Source: Octopus vulgaris
Lineage: Eukaryota
DNA: 64,000 bases
Direction: 5' to 3'
Assembly (NCBI GenBank): GCA_951406725.2
Contig: OX597823.1
Span: forward strand, 29,264,001-29,328,000
The first letter of the stretch is position 1. Every line of letters starts with the position of its first letter. A program made the position numbers and the translations under genes. A model generated the notes under the pieces. That model did not search any database, was not told the DNA's origin, and saw only the letters and a program-made list of their open reading frames with translations. This document shows, piece after piece, positions 39,479 to 54,853 of this stretch.

Positions 39479-40431
39479 TATTAGTGTCCATGAAACATTT
39501 TGCAAAAAAATACTGATGGAAGTGTAAGCGGATTGCGATGCTATTTATTTAAAATCTTTAAAGTGTACCATAATCAAAGCATATTCCTTGTAGAACCACA
39601 AATTATAAGAATGGTGGCACGTGAGAGACAATTAAGACAGAATGTCGGAAATTGAGTTAGAATCCAAACAGAAATGTCAATGCTTCGCTAGAATTTTTTT
39701 ACATGGGAAAGAAAGAATCTAAATTACAAATGGTTAACTAAAAATTTGATTGATGTTTCTTAGAAACTTGAAAGCAGAATCTATAGAAAAATATTTGTTC
39801 AATATTGTGGCCTTGCATGTATTCTAAAGAAAACAACGGCAAGTATAATTGGGGTACGAGTAAATGTTTTAACGAAATCATTAATGGGAGAATGACTTCA
39901 AGTCCAATGATGGTACTTCATATGACATAAGTCTTAAAATGAGACAACACTCGACAATCACGTAAAAATATACGAGAATGTCGGAATGAGAAACCGGCGC
40001 AAAAATAATTAAGCCATAAATGGTTTTCTAATTTTTCTTCAGAATGTATATAGTTTTTACTTGTAGCTTACTTAAAGTGTCGAATGTGATAGAAACAAAT
40101 GGTAACAAATCGGGAAATAGAATTTCAAAAAATACAATGAACGGAAAAGTTTTCGTTAAAACCATTTAAGATTATTTACAGAATTGCAGATCTGTGCCAT
40201 TGGCGCTGCAGGTCCTAGAAATATAATGGAATGTAAATGCCAACATGATAGGTATTGAGCTAAAGTAAAGATGGCTTACAATTAATAGGTCCCTGGTTCC
40301 ATAATCCTGAGCTGATGCTGTAAAGATATCAACAAGTTACCAGCAAATAAAATATAGAATCGACAAATGAAACGATGAATTAAATAAACGGTAGCATGAA
40401 TATAAACCAAAGGTGTATAAAGAGTATTCAT

Positions 40432-40508
<77 letters not shown>

Positions 40509-40683
40509 TATTATTATAGAGCCATAAAGACTCATTTTCTGAGAGAACAGAGATGAAGAGATGTGAAACAGAAAATTATGAGAATAAGCTGTCTTTCCGC
40601 CACCATCACCAACACCGCCATCATCACCACCATCACCACAGTTATATCCTGAGATTAATTTCACAAGACTGCGCGCGCGTGTG

Positions 40684-40760
<77 letters not shown>

Positions 40761-41287
40761 TTTGAAATACATCAATATAATTCAATATAGCGAATATTTA
40801 GTGATCACGCTGTATTTGACGCAAAGAGAATTTTCAAATGCAATCAAACTGACACCAAATATCTTTATTGGGAGACCAACTTGTAAATTAACTGCTATAT
40901 TCTGCATGGCTTAAAGCTGTTATTTTCTCGGTCAAACTGTACAACGAAGTGTAATGTGACGAGGAATGACGATTCCGGAAACAGCGTTCCATTACGTTTA
41001 TAGAAAATCTGTATACATTAATAATTTCAGATTTTTGCATTCTCATGATGTGCCTGCTGTAAAAAGAATCGTTAGCAAGGTTACGAATTTGTGGAGTATG
41101 TCGTAGTCACATGTAATTAATTTGTAAGTTTGTCGTTAAAATAGATGCCGATGTTTCTAAGAGTAAAATAGGAAATCATCTCTGCCTGTCTGTCTGTCTG
41201 TTTCTTCATATATATTTGTGTGTGTTTGTGTGTGTAGTTAGTCAGGTAGACAGATAATTAAATAGGTGTGTATTGATGTGTTCATTA

Positions 41288-41348
<61 letters not shown>

Positions 41349-41350
<2 letters not shown>

Positions 41351-41574
41351 GAGAGTTTACGAAAAAAACAAAAGACGAAAACCGGTGGTGTACAAAACAA
41401 ACAGATGTATTAGTATAACGCTCAGGAATAGAAAAAGTCTTTTACGTTTCAAGCCTACGCTCTTCGACAGAAAGGGACACAGAAAAAACAAGGAGAGAAA
41501 CAAGGAGAGAAAAAAATGTGTGTAGTGGTTAACGATCTATCATGGCGTCTGAGTATCTACCATGGCGTAAAAGC
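41349..41574 (-). mobile_element. Variant-HHR repeat (copy 3)
   Basis: Reverse complement of 41439-41474: cttt-CTGTCGA-A-GAGC-gtag-GCTT-GAAAC-GTA-aaag; TA-flanked. Confidence 0.7.
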
Positions 41575-41587
41575 GTATATATATATA

Positions 41588-41735
41588 CTCTTTTACTCTT
41601 TTACTTGTTTCAGTCATTTGACTGCGGTCATGCTGGAGCATCGCCTTTAGTCGAGCAAATCGACCCCAGGACTTATTCTTTTTAAGCCTAGTACTTATTC
41701 TATCGGTCTCTTTTGCCAAACCGCTAAGTTACGGT
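41588..41735 (-). mobile_element. CORE-like SINE 3' fragment
   Basis: Matches the 3' half of the family. Confidence 0.75.
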
Positions 41736-42298
41736 TATATATATATATATATATAAAGTCAGGTGATATGAAAGGTGAATGTATGTTTAGTTAGATTATG
41801 GTCGTTTCGCAAATTTTCTCATGTATTAATTTCAATAAGAAAAAATTCTGCGTACATATTCACATTAATATGTATGCTCAACATTGTAAAATACAATATT
41901 GTATTCACAAATTCATGCAGATAAGAAGGCTAGCTCATCAAATCAACAGAATATCCTGGTTACACCAACAATTCAGCTCTTAATATACACACAATTTTCT
42001 CTTTTAATATATATATAGAATATAGAAATAGGTTCCAAAAGTAAAATAAGCTACACGTGGTATAGATATAGGGAAAGTAAGAAGAAAACAGCGAAAATGC
42101 GCCTTGGATATAGAAATTAAAGCCTTTTTATGAAAAGTAGCGATAAATATATACGATTAGATGAACGGAGGTAGAATTAAGAAGAATAAAAGTCATTATT
42201 TTGTATTATTAAATGGATACAAAGTCATACCGGTTTCGTCAATTGCTGTTCACTGGATCTGAATGCGCACCGACTACCAAACGGTGTCGTATATATAT

Positions 42299-42341
<43 letters not shown>

Positions 42342-42344
<3 letters not shown>

Positions 42345-42586
42345 ATTACTTCTCAGTATAGTTGCTACTTTCATCTATTATAGAGATTTTCTAAGTATCT
42401 ACTTTGCTCGTTGGAATAACTGGTTGTCTCTTATTTTCTATATATTGCAAGCTGAGCGAACTACTGCTATCTCTAGCGGACAGGTGTCCAGCGCTGAGGA
42501 TGCGAAAAAATAACTCGAAAGCGGATGGTCTGCTGGTCCTGTCAAGCCGATAGAAGATGGTACGGGTTTACTTTCACACCTACTTG

Positions 42587-42592
<6 letters not shown>
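42342..42592. mobile_element. PLE-type insert with HHR and short inverted arms in (TA)n
   Basis: HHR 42488-42536(+): ccagcg-CTGAGGA-tgcg..ctc-GAAA-gcggatg-GTC-tgctgg; inverted ends ATATTGCAAG/CTTGCAATAT; ~100-nt left tail. Confidence 0.65.
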
Positions 42593-42654
<62 letters not shown>

Positions 42655-43041
42655 TACTACTACTACTACTACTAATATAGGATGAAGTTTTTTTACAAAA
42701 ATAAATTTCATCAGAAAATGTGGCAGCATATTAAAATACCTTTAAGGTTAAAATCATAAACAACTTATAAATAAGGGCTAAAGAAAAATTTTTCTATGCT
42801 ACTATGCTGATAACAGACTTTTAAATCGTCAATTTCCACATATTATTTACTCGCTACAGAAAACACGTAGAGCTGAAATCGAGGAAAGCTAGCCAACAGA
42901 ATTTTTTAAAAGTTCGTTATTTCTATATTGAATCAATTTCGGAATTAATCTCATAATAGATTTTTTCCTCTTCAGTAGAAAATACGAAAAGAAATAAATG
43001 AAATACTTACATGCGCCCATGGAAAAAAGCCGAAGCAAAAA

Positions 43042-43161
43042 TCATAACCTGACATTGCTTTCGCCAACATCAAGTTTTCTTTCGGCAGTCCTATTACCAT
43101 GCTCTTCAGCATGTGATATAACTTCAAGTTTAAACATAACTGAATAAGATCTACGAGGCAT
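43042..43161 (-). pseudogene. pogo-family transposase N-terminal Brinker-type DNA-binding domain fragment
   Basis: MPRRSYSVMFKLEVISHAEEHGNRTAERKLDVGESNVRL*. Confidence 0.75.
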
Positions 43162-43799
43162 TTTATGGGCATGTAATGTATAAAATGTTTTATTGGAGAT
43201 TAATGTACAGGTTTAAGTCCCACTTATAAAAACCCTAGGTGAGACCCACAGTGGTTCAAACATTTAATACTGGTATTTAATTAAGTATCTATTGTTTGCT
43301 ACGGTAATTATGCAAACTGCCAATACAAACAGCAGGATGAACTATTTAGCGCTAAACTATTTAGCACAATTCGTGCGTAATTAAGCTAGCAGCACCTAGT
43401 CGGACAAACGCTTCCGCGCATGCGTAATACAATAATGGTGATGTTCTTAACTGTTATATGGGAATGTAAATATGTTTGCAAATTGTTTTTGTTACATGTT
43501 ATTCTGTGTTCTGAATACTTTTGTTTTAATAAATGTTGCTTACTGCAAGTTATAAACAATTCTTTTAACTTCATTTCTTTCAGGGTTAGCTTATGGTATT
43601 TTCGCGTCCAACATCACAAAATGCGTCTGAATAAACATTGCCGGACAGGAAATAGAAACTTGGACATTGCTTAGAAAGTATTTTTCATTTTTAACCTTGT
43701 ATATAGTACGCACTAGGGATTTTGACCTTTGGACAAAAAAAATGCAGATTATAATCGAGGATTTACTGTACGTATATATATATAGACATATAACTATAT

Positions 43800-44294
<495 letters not shown>

Positions 44295-44606
44295 CAAGCG
44301 TTCGTATGTTTGTGATTGAGCTTGGATCCCATTTAAACACCTGTATTGATTGATCATTGATCGAATTACGAAAGCTATATAAAATGGAATACGTCCAGGC
44401 TGGTGGTAACTGGTTAGAAATTCCTTCTCCTATAACAGATTAACGGTATTATTGATCTTGCAGCTAGAGTTTGTTGTTATCCTTACCGACTTACCATAAT
44501 CTCCAAGAGAACATCACCCATTTGATGAACCGGAAGCAAGTTTCTATTGATTAGACATAACACCATTCTCTTTTCCTTTTCGATTTCATACTACTACTAC
44601 TACTAC

Positions 44607-44648
<42 letters not shown>

Positions 44649-44734
44649 CGATAATGATCATCATCATCATTATCATTATTATTATTATTATTATCATCGT
44701 CACCACCACTACCATCATCATTATTATCATGGTG

Positions 44735-44810
<76 letters not shown>

Positions 44811-44823
44811 TAATAATAATAGA

Positions 44824-44864
<41 letters not shown>

Positions 44865-44878
44865 TACAGCTACTACTA

Positions 44879-44919
<41 letters not shown>

Positions 44920-45309
44920 TACTACAAAGACGTGATACTTCATTTTTTATATCGTTTATTGATACTCATTCATGTTCCATTTTCATTCTTCGTCAATTAC
45001 TTTCGCTTCATTTCCCTCACTTCCTCATTCACCATCATTCACAGAGCTTCCTCTGTTATTTACACCATATCTATACGCACACACATACACACACAAATGC
45101 ACACATACACATACATACGTAAACATGCGCAAACACACACACACACATACATGCGCATAAACATAGACATATACAAGCATATATATACATATATTTATTT
45201 ACATACATATATATATATATACATACATATATATGTGTGTGTATGTATATATATGTATGTGTGTATATGTACGCTTGTGCATAAATACATGTGCACATAT
45301 ATATACACA

Positions 45310-45365
<56 letters not shown>

Positions 45366-45404
45366 CATTATTTTTAATTTGTTTCAAATATATATATGTG
45401 TGCG

Positions 45405-45911
45405 TTAAGGGCATGACTGATCTCGACTACTGGGACCGTCTTAAAACATTGAAACACTACTCATTTGCACTACATCATTTGCACGATGTGGAGAATATGC
45501 CGTCAGCATTGCCTAAACGCCCTGAACATTAACTTCAAGGTTCATCCAAGGCTGCGACCACGGGCCATACGTCCCCTGCCCAATTCAGGATCCCAACATA
45601 TAGGTACACAGCGACGCAATTTCTTTTCCTCAATAGGCCCTGCCCTATTTAACATTGTCCCAAAACTGATCAAAGAGGAAAAGGATCCCATCACCTTTAA
45701 ACGGAGTCTGGACAAATTTCTTCAAGGAATGCCAGATAAGCCACCTACACCTGGATACAGCTGACTTAACAAGAACTCACTACATGAATGGACCATGACA
45801 CCACAAAACTTGACTTAAAAAGGATTTAGATAATCCTATCAGGTGGTGCAATAAGTTAGACATGGCTTGGACCAATCTTTGGTCAAAACATATCTAAGTT
45901 TATCTAAGTTT
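45405..45911 (+). mobile_element. CR1-like LINE 3' fragment
   Basis: MTDLDYWDRLKTL..GPALFNIVP..FKRSLDKFLQGMPDKP; same (TATCTAAGTT)x2 tail. Confidence 0.8.
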
Positions 45912-45945
45912 ATATACATATATATACATACAAATATATATTATC

Positions 45946-46275
45946 TTTGTTTCAGTCATTTGACTGCGGCCATCCTGGAGCACCGCCTTCAAGGGTTTTA
46001 GTCTAACAAATCATCCCCTGGACTTATTTTTTAAAGCCTAGTACTTGTTCTCTCGGTTACTTTTGCCGAACCGCTAGGGTGCGCGTATTTAAACACACCA
46101 ATACCGGTTGTCTAGCGATGGTAGGGGACAAACATAGACACAAAGACACCTACAGTTTCTGTCTAGCAAATCCACTCACAAGGTTTTGGTCGGCCTGAGG
46201 CTGCAGTAGAAGACACTTGCCCACGGCGCCACGCAGAGGGACTGAACCCGGAACCATGTGGTTGAAAAACGAACT
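45946..46275 (-). mobile_element. CORE-like SINE
   Basis: Same family as 60156. Confidence 0.8.
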
Positions 46276-46362
46276 TCTTACAACACAGCCACGCCTGCTC
46301 ATATGTATGTGTGTGTGTGTGAATGTGTGTGCGTATGTATGTACGCATATATATATATATAT

Positions 46363-46435
<73 letters not shown>

Positions 46436-47000
46436 ACGGGAAGGTTTACGAAATACATATATATGCGCGCACGCCCCCTTTCTGTTATTGTTTTTAGTGG
46501 CCTCCATTCTTGTACAGCTTTTGCTCCTGTTCTATGTCCTAGTTCTCAGTCAAACATCATTTAATAATTTGTCCGTCTCTTCACTTCTTAAACCTAGATT
46601 CTTCTTCCAGTCTTATTCACTGTCTGCAGATCTTAAAACCCAGCTGTCTTTCTTGTTTTGCTTCTTTCTTTCTCGAATCTATTTTATTTTTTTTCGCTCT
46701 CTCTCTCTCTTTCTCTTTCTCTCTCCCTACCTCTCCTGATCTCTCTATCTCGCTATCTTTCTCGCTCTCTTCCGCGCTCTCTCGCTCTCCCTCTCTCCAT
46801 TGCATCGTGTCTCTTTCCACTTTCATCTCCTCGTCTCCTCTCCCTCTTTCTTTCTCATTCACTTCACCTTTAATTCACAAACCACCCCTGTTTTTATTCA
46901 TCCACTCCCTTACTCAATACACCACTCTTTCTTTCATTGCTTCCAACTCTCCATCTCCCCTTCTCACTCACTCACTCTCTCTCTCTCTCTCTCTCTCTAC

Positions 47001-47034
<34 letters not shown>

Positions 47035-47859
47035 CTTTCTGGTGTATATCACCACCCCCTCATTTCCACTTTCACTTCCTACTTTCACTTTCTAAGTTCA
47101 CTTCATTGCATCTCTTTATATTTATTTCCATTACTTCTATAATTTCCTCTTTCATCTTCGTTCTTCCTCTTCTGTAACTTAACACACATTCTAAAAACTC
47201 TTTACAAACTAAAATTGGCACAACAGCCTAATATCAAATATCTTTCACCTACATTTATAATTGTTCGTTAATTGTAATTGCTTGTTGATTATATTATTAG
47301 TTTCTTTTTGTTGCCATTCGATATGAAAATAATTTTTCAAAAATTTTTTCTTTATTATTCTATTCGCTCAGTTGTTTAGCTTGTTTCGAAACGATTTCTT
47401 TGATAACAAAGGCTTCCTCCCGCACATAGCTCCACTTTTTTTTAGCACTATTCTCATCCCACCGACTTTAATTCATATTATTTATTATTATATAAAAATC
47501 CCAAATCTTTCCCTATACCGAAAGCCCTAAATATAGGCTACAAAAGAAAACGTAGTCTGTAAACGAGTGAAGAAAGGAATTGAAAAAAATTGGACCGGAA
47601 GGCCTTGTTTAATCGATATTTAGTCAACCAAAATCACGGTAGAAATCAAACAAAAGACCACCAATATTGACAGGATCAAACAAAAGACAAGAATAAAATA
47701 AAATGAGGTAAAATAAATTGTAAAATCGAAACAGGATGAAGCATAATTATGAAAATAACAAAGAATATAATTATAAATTTTATATCGTAGTCACTATCAC
47801 AACCACAAGCAGCAAAGTTACTGCGATCTCCCACCCTCATTTTTGCTCATTCCCCCTGC

Positions 47860-47878
47860 TTCTCATCATCAGCATCAG

Positions 47879-47913
<35 letters not shown>

Positions 47914-47965
47914 CCGCCAACGTCGTCATCATCATCATCATCATCATCATCATCACCATCATCAC

Positions 47966-47997
<32 letters not shown>

Positions 47998-48007
47998 CCA
48001 TCATCAC

Positions 48008-48051
<44 letters not shown>

Positions 48052-48275
48052 CCGCCATCGTCATCATCATCGTCATCATCACCCTCACCACCCTCACCAC
48101 CACAACTAGTTCTGTTGCTCTTTCATACGCTCCATTTACACACATAATCGCTAACTCAGTAATTTTTGAATTTCCTGAAATTGGAACCGCACCACCACCA
48201 ATACTACTATTACTCCTATCACCACCACCACTTCTACTACTACTACTACTAGTAGTAGTAGTAGTTGTAGTAGTT

Positions 48276-48316
<41 letters not shown>

Positions 48317-48317
48317 T

Positions 48318-48376
<59 letters not shown>
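47860..48376. repeat. (CAT)n and (TAG)n tracts
   Basis: Direct inspection. Confidence 0.95.
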
Positions 48377-48377
<1 letters not shown>

Positions 48378-48982
48378 CAGGGTGGGAAAGCAAAACTTGG
48401 AAAATAATAGATAATTCACGAAATTGTTTATATTACAACAACCAGTAGCCTGACACAAGTTTATGGCGATCGATATAATCGACCAGACGCCATCTTCAAA
48501 ATTGCTGGCTTTGTTCCAAAATTCGAAACCATTATTTTAGCTTAGAAACTTCTTGGATAGAAAAACAAACCAAAATCTGCATGGTTCGATTCCCCGAGAC
48601 CATTTTCAGTTTCTCCACCCCACATCCGTCCATTTGGGGATTTTAGCCCAATGCATTAAAACCTATTATGTATAGCTCTATTTGCTTCGAGACACGTTTG
48701 ATTGAAAATTTTGTTTCTGTAATACGCTTTGGTCTTGGTTCTAGTTTATAACCATAAATAATATCTTGTGGGGGAGAAAGAGGCAGAGACAGAGACAAAG
48801 ATAGGGAGAGACAGAGGGATAAAGAGAGAGAGAGAGAGAGAGAGAGGAGGGGCTTATGAGGTCGAAATGCATATACGCGATGGGAACATCATTATATATT
48901 TTTATTAAGCTCAAAATTTAAAAGCAGGCAATGAATGTACTATTGAATTGTAATTGTAATTGTGATAAAATTAATTGATATA

Positions 48983-49392
48983 GGCGCAGGATTGGCTGTG
49001 TGGTAAGAAGCTTCCTTCCCAACCACATGGTTCCGGGTTCAGTCCCAGTGCGTGGGCAAGTGTCCTTGGCAAGTGTCTTCTACTATAGCCTCGGGCCGAC
49101 GAAAGCCTTGTGAGTGGATTTGGTAGACGGAAACTGAAAGAAGTCCGTCAGGTATATGTATATGTATTGATGAGTGTGTGTGTGTGTGTGTGTCAGGTCT
49201 CTGTGTGTGTGTCTGTCTTTGTGTCTGCGTTTGTTCCCCCACCTCTTCTCACAACCGATGTTGGTGTGTTTACGTCCCCGAAAACTAGCGGTTCGGCGAA
49301 AAGAGACCGATAGAATAAGTACTAGGCTTGCAATGAATAAGCTCTGGGGTCGATTTGTTCGACTAAAGGCGGTGCTCCAGCATGGCCGCAGT
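48983..49392 (+). mobile_element. CORE-like SINE
   Basis: Same family as 60156. Confidence 0.85.
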
Positions 49393-49417
49393 TGAGTTGA
49401 TATGTTAATTCTGATGT

Positions 49418-49459
<42 letters not shown>

Positions 49460-49490
49460 GATAGGTAGATAGATAGATAGATAGATAGAC

Positions 49491-49559
<69 letters not shown>

Positions 49560-51957
49560 GATAGATAGATAGAGAAAGCACGATTTATTCGTGACCAGAG
49601 GCGTTCGTGAACCGAGGTACTACTGTATTTATAATCATTTCTGATAATGACAAAATGGGTTGGTCGAGTGTATTGACCAAATTATTTACATATTCTATCG
49701 ACCCTGGAAGGGCGAAAACGGTCGTGACAGAAGTTAAGAATGTAAAGATGTAACTAAAACCACAAAATATTTCGTCCGCTGCTCTACCGATTTTGAAAGT
49801 CCTACAGCACTGTGTACAACGACGGCAACAACAACAGCAATAATATAACTTTGTAGCTTCTTTTCAAGACAAATCTAAGAAAATATTTTTATTGACAACA
49901 AAACCTTCTAAGAACACGTCCATGTTTTTTATCTCAGCATACTTCAGAGATTTTTGGAAAAATTTATTTTCTCCTCAATACCGATAACTGTCGCTGATAA
50001 TCTCGTGTGATGAAAATCCTGTATGTATTCGCTTGACCTGCTAGAAATAGCGATCAAATATCTTTCTATCGCATCCTACCATTGTTGTCTTACCTAAACT
50101 ACGACACATTATGCAACTTAGTTTCTGATATGCTGTGACAAGGTGGTCACTGTCTCTAGTCACAGGCCTGCCCGTACCGAACTAGCGCCAGGTTAAACAG
50201 CGACAGCAACTGTAAAAACGACAACAACATGTTCTTTAAAAAGATGAAATACGCAGAGCAGAGATGTCACAGCAGAAACATTCTACGTTCAGATTAGTGT
50301 CGGATCAGTTAAAAGCTGATGTCATTCAAATAAATTAAATAAAACAGACAGAAAACTTACAAAGATTTTCTTTTTTTTCTCTTGCCTAATTTGCATCAAC
50401 TTTAAGCTGATTCGACAAAACGAATGTATTCGTTGTTGTTTTATATTTTATTCTCTAACTATACACTGTCAAAGGCCCCTTCCGTTCTTCATCAAATGCT
50501 AAGTTATCATCTGACAGTAGGCCTGCATTTCATTATTATTGATTACTGACCTCTCTAGAAACTATGAACGCATAAATTTTGGCTTTTGTGTTAGTTATCT
50601 TAGAAATAGCAAGCAAATAAATAATTGTATTATGAAGATCTCCAAAACAGATCAAAACGAAAAGAGTAAAACAAAGCAAAACAAGGGGTGAATAATTAAG
50701 TTTGGGTTGTAATGAAGAGGCAGAGGGAAAAGTTCATTGTTTTGGACTGTGTTCCTTTGTCGAAAACAAAGAGAAAAAGTAAGGGAAAATGAGGTTTTCA
50801 GTAACGGTTCTATGGCAGTCAAAGTATGTCGGAAAAGTATTACATAATTATGTAAATGATGTAATATGGAATTTTCTTTCAGAAATTTGTTATGGTTACA
50901 AAATAACAGTAACGTGTTTTCTACACGTTATGCTCAAATATTTCTGCAGTCAGCGAATTCAGTTAAAGAATGTTATATGAGAAAAAACAACCAGCGGAGC
51001 CTTCTTTCAGCCTCCAGTCAATAATATACGTGCCACACCAATGATCTAAAAGTATGAAGAGCACATCAGATAACGTTGTCCTCGGTACACAGTATCTAAA
51101 AATAAAAACAATATGACAGCAGGCGTAAATTAATCAAACTTACGTTTCCTCGAAAATGTTTGATCTGGAACCGACAACAAAACAGGAAATACTTTTCACA
51201 ATGTTCTATATCATGTATTTGCTAATATAATTTGATATATTTCGCGAGCATTTTACAGTATATTGAGAGCCATACAAATCATAATACATGCGGACGAATT
51301 ATTTCTGGTTATCACGGTTTGGCCTGTTATTAAGTACTAATCACGGGGCCTCAGAGAGTGGCACTTGTGTTGTACAAGTGTTTGCCGCCATAGTCCAGTA
51401 ACGTACATTAGTCTCTTTAGGGTAACCTCATTTGTCATTCCATCAAACGAAAGTGGAAGAGTGGCAACGTGTGTAGACCTAACCAGTTGGAAGCGCACAG
51501 TAAGTTAAACCTTTCAGCTGTCACTTATGCTTCAAACCATACAGATCTGCAACGGACCTAAATAGATTTCTGAGAAGTCAGAATACCATTGACACGGAAA
51601 TACATGGGGAGGACAATCATCTGTGCAGAGAAAGAAACCACCACATATATAGAGTGTGAGTGTGTTTGTGTATAACAACCGGGGTTCGTTTCATATGCCC
51701 CCTCCAGTTAGGGGCTCAATAATAAGCAACCATTGAATTAATACGAGAGATTAATTTGTTCGACTGATTCCTTGAAGACAATGCTCGAGTGTGGCCGCAG
51801 TCGCCAGATGTTTGGTTAAGTTATATTGTAAAAGAGCATACAATCACACATATGTATATAATTGTGAGTATGTATGTGTAGGTGCAGTGTGTACGCATGC
51901 TTGAATGTGTTTTGTCTGTTTGTATATACATTTTGCGTTGATACCGCGTAAAACGAA

Positions 51958-54173
51958 TGGATCTCTGCTTTAACTCCGTAAGATGGCGGAGCAATTTTCA
52001 CAATAGACTCGACCGACAGGTGGACTCGTCCCACACGTGACAGCTTATCCCGAACAGGTAATGCTTCTCGATGGCACTGCCAGGCCAGGGATCTTTGGTG
52101 ATTGTCCATAGGTCCCGGCCAGAAAGTTGTCCTGAACAGGCGGATCAGGTGTTCCTCGTCGATGCTCAGATTCTGCCTGAGAACGTCGTCGCACCTCCTC
52201 TCCACTAATCCTCTATAGAACGCCTTTGTTGTAATGAAGTCGCACAAGTTTGGTCCCGGATGGCAGAGTTGCTTGAGATCAACGCGACACTCGCTGTGCC
52301 ATTAGCCTAGCCTCGGTCTCTGTTTGATCCACGACTGTAATTCGGCGAAGGAGACGAACTGCGGGAAACCGCGCCGCACAAACGGCGACCACACCTATTC
52401 ACTGTCGTCTATGAAGCGCCGGTGATGTCGCAGTCTTAGTGCATGTTTGCGCATCATCAACCACGGCATGGCTAGCCCTCCATTTAGCGGGTGTTGACAG
52501 CAAACGGATCGCCTAACCATCGGAACGCTTCCCTTCCACAAAAAGCGAAAGAGTATGCTTTCCAGTTTGGTGATGGTAGGGTCGGAACAAGGCACGACGA
52601 TCAGACGGTATTCGATGCTGGGTGCAATGTACGCGTTCGCTACCTCCGCCCGACCTTTTAGGAATAGCTTCCTCTCAGCCCTTAGTCATTATTTCACCCC
52701 AGTACTTCTCCATTTGGAGGTCCGTACTGAAACAGATTCCGAGCAATTTAACCGGTCCGTCGGTCGAGTGTCCCACGATGGAGATGCTGTTGGACGGCAT
52801 GGGCTTGCTTCTCCAGGTGCCGAGCCACAAGCCCACTGACTTTTCAAATTTAATTTTTGCTCCCGTTACCGCTTCGTATTCTTTTAGTGTCTCGCCGACT
52901 AGGTCGATGTTCTTGTGACTCGACACTATGATGGTGACGTCGTCCGCGTATGCAGACACGCTCCTCCCGCATCCCAGCTCTCGTGGGATGCCCCTCAGCG
53001 TCGCAAGCTTCCGCAGTAGTGGCTCAATACATACAGAAGCGACGAGAAGAGGCATCCATGACGAACCGAACGCATGATAATAAATGGTCTGAATAGATGA
53101 CCATTTACGCGACTACCGAGCGGATGCCGCTGTATAAGGCAGCGATCCAACAGCGGAAGATGGAACCGAAACTTGCCGCTTTAAGGACATCCTCCAAATA
53201 GTGATGGTCTACCCTATCGAAAGCTTTTGATTGATCCAAATTTATCAGCGCCCTACTCATACCAGGATCCTTAACTACCCTGTCTATGATGTAGCGCATC
53301 AGATGGAGATTGTCATTGATACTGCTACCCGGCACGGTGCACGTTTGCGCCTTGTCGACTAGTTTCTCAATGACAAGCGCCAATCTCTCGCAAGCACCTT
53401 AGCCAAAATTTTCAAATCTGCGTTGAATAGAGTGATGGGCCTAAAGTTATCTATGACGTTCCCCTTGTTTGGATCTTTCCTTAGCAGTGTCATTACTCTT
53501 TGCTTTACAAAGACGGCGATACTTCCGTTTTGCTGCCAGTTGCAGTAGACAGCTGCCAAGACGCCTCCAAACAAGTCTGGCATATGACAATAAAGTTCGT
53601 AGGGAAGACCATCCAAGCCTGGTGACTTGTCTATCGCGCAACCTGCCATCGCATCCCGTACGTCCGCGGCTGTGATGGGTCTTTCACAACACTCCGCCTC
53701 TCTTGCTGAGAGTCGTGGTAGGCCATGCAGGTAGGCACTAAAGTCCACTCTTCGTTCTAACCCACCAATTGTCCCAAACAGTCGGGCAAAGTGTTGTTGA
53801 AAGACCTCACACATCCTTTCAGGTTCGAGTAATTCGCGCCCTTGTTCATCTGTAGGTGACCTAATGGTGGCTCTGTTGCCTCGTTGTGCCTCCGCCACTC
53901 GGGCCTATTGGGCGGCTGCAACTCCTTCGTTCCTCAGAGCACGCATCCTAGCTCTGACAACGCATCCTTTGTGTTTGGGGTTGAAGTGTCGGTCGAGGGC
54001 CAACCTCACTGCCAGTACGTTGGACGCGATGCCAGTTCTAAATGCCTCTTCTAATTTCTCAACTAAGTCTCTCTCTATTCTATTTCGATACCCGTCAATG
54101 CTCTCTTAACGGATGTGCTAATCCAGTCCCTGTAAGCCTGGCGTGCCCTGAACGACGCGTTCGCGACACGCCT
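51958..54173 (-). pseudogene. Tx1/L1-clade LINE ORF2 (reverse transcriptase) fragment, frameshifted
   Basis: KSPGLDGLPYELY, NFRPITLFNADLKILAKVLA, LINLDQSKAFDRVDH, SAYADDVT, FLWKG..GGLAMP across ORFs 53359-53898, 53105-53383, 52675-53055 and 52395-52595. Confidence 0.92.
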
Positions 54174-54174
54174 A

Positions 54175-54257
<83 letters not shown>

Positions 54258-54258
<1 letters not shown>

Positions 54259-54472
54259 CGGGAATGTTTACGAAAATAAACAAAAGACGAAGGCAGGTGA
54301 AGTACAAACAAACAAATGTATTAGTATGGCGCTCAGGAATAGAAATAAAACAAGTCTTTTACGTTTCGAGCCTACGCTCTTCGACAGAAAGATACACAGA
54401 AAAGAAACAAGGAGAGAAACAAGGAGAGAAACAAGGAGAGAAAAAAATGCGTGTAGGAGCTAACGGTCCAAC
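54258..54472 (-). mobile_element. Variant-HHR repeat (copy 4) next to (GATA)n
   Basis: Reverse complement of 54356-54391: cttt-CTGTCGA-A-GAGC-gtag-GCTC-GAAAC-GTA-aaag; contains 3x AAACAAGGAGAG. Confidence 0.7.
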
Positions 54473-54780
54473 ATAGATAGATGGATATGATTATGTATGT
54501 GAGTAATCATTCGGGTCATTTATTCATTTTATCTTCGAAGTAGCAATTTGTTAAGTTTTAAAACTAATTTTCTATTCTTCAGACAATGCCTCGCAGACAT
54601 CCTTTAATCACAACGGCGACGTAGTTCGTGAGATAAGATGGAACCAACTTTCACAGATTAGCTGAACACCTGAAAAAGTAAAACTTTCACCGCAAGGAAC
54701 AGAAGCTTAATATCCTTCATATATACAACTATATAAATATATGTATATATGTGTGTGTATATATATATACATATATATAC

Positions 54781-54853
<73 letters not shown>

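Noticed and set aside
40180-40317. In-frame TGA (selenocysteine) across a splice junction
   Set aside because: An alternative frame is open without a stop, and there is no SECIS evidence.
43011-43139. Host exon with good splice signals on the minus strand
   Set aside because: Better explained as a pogo Brinker-type DNA-binding-domain fragment with its own ATG.
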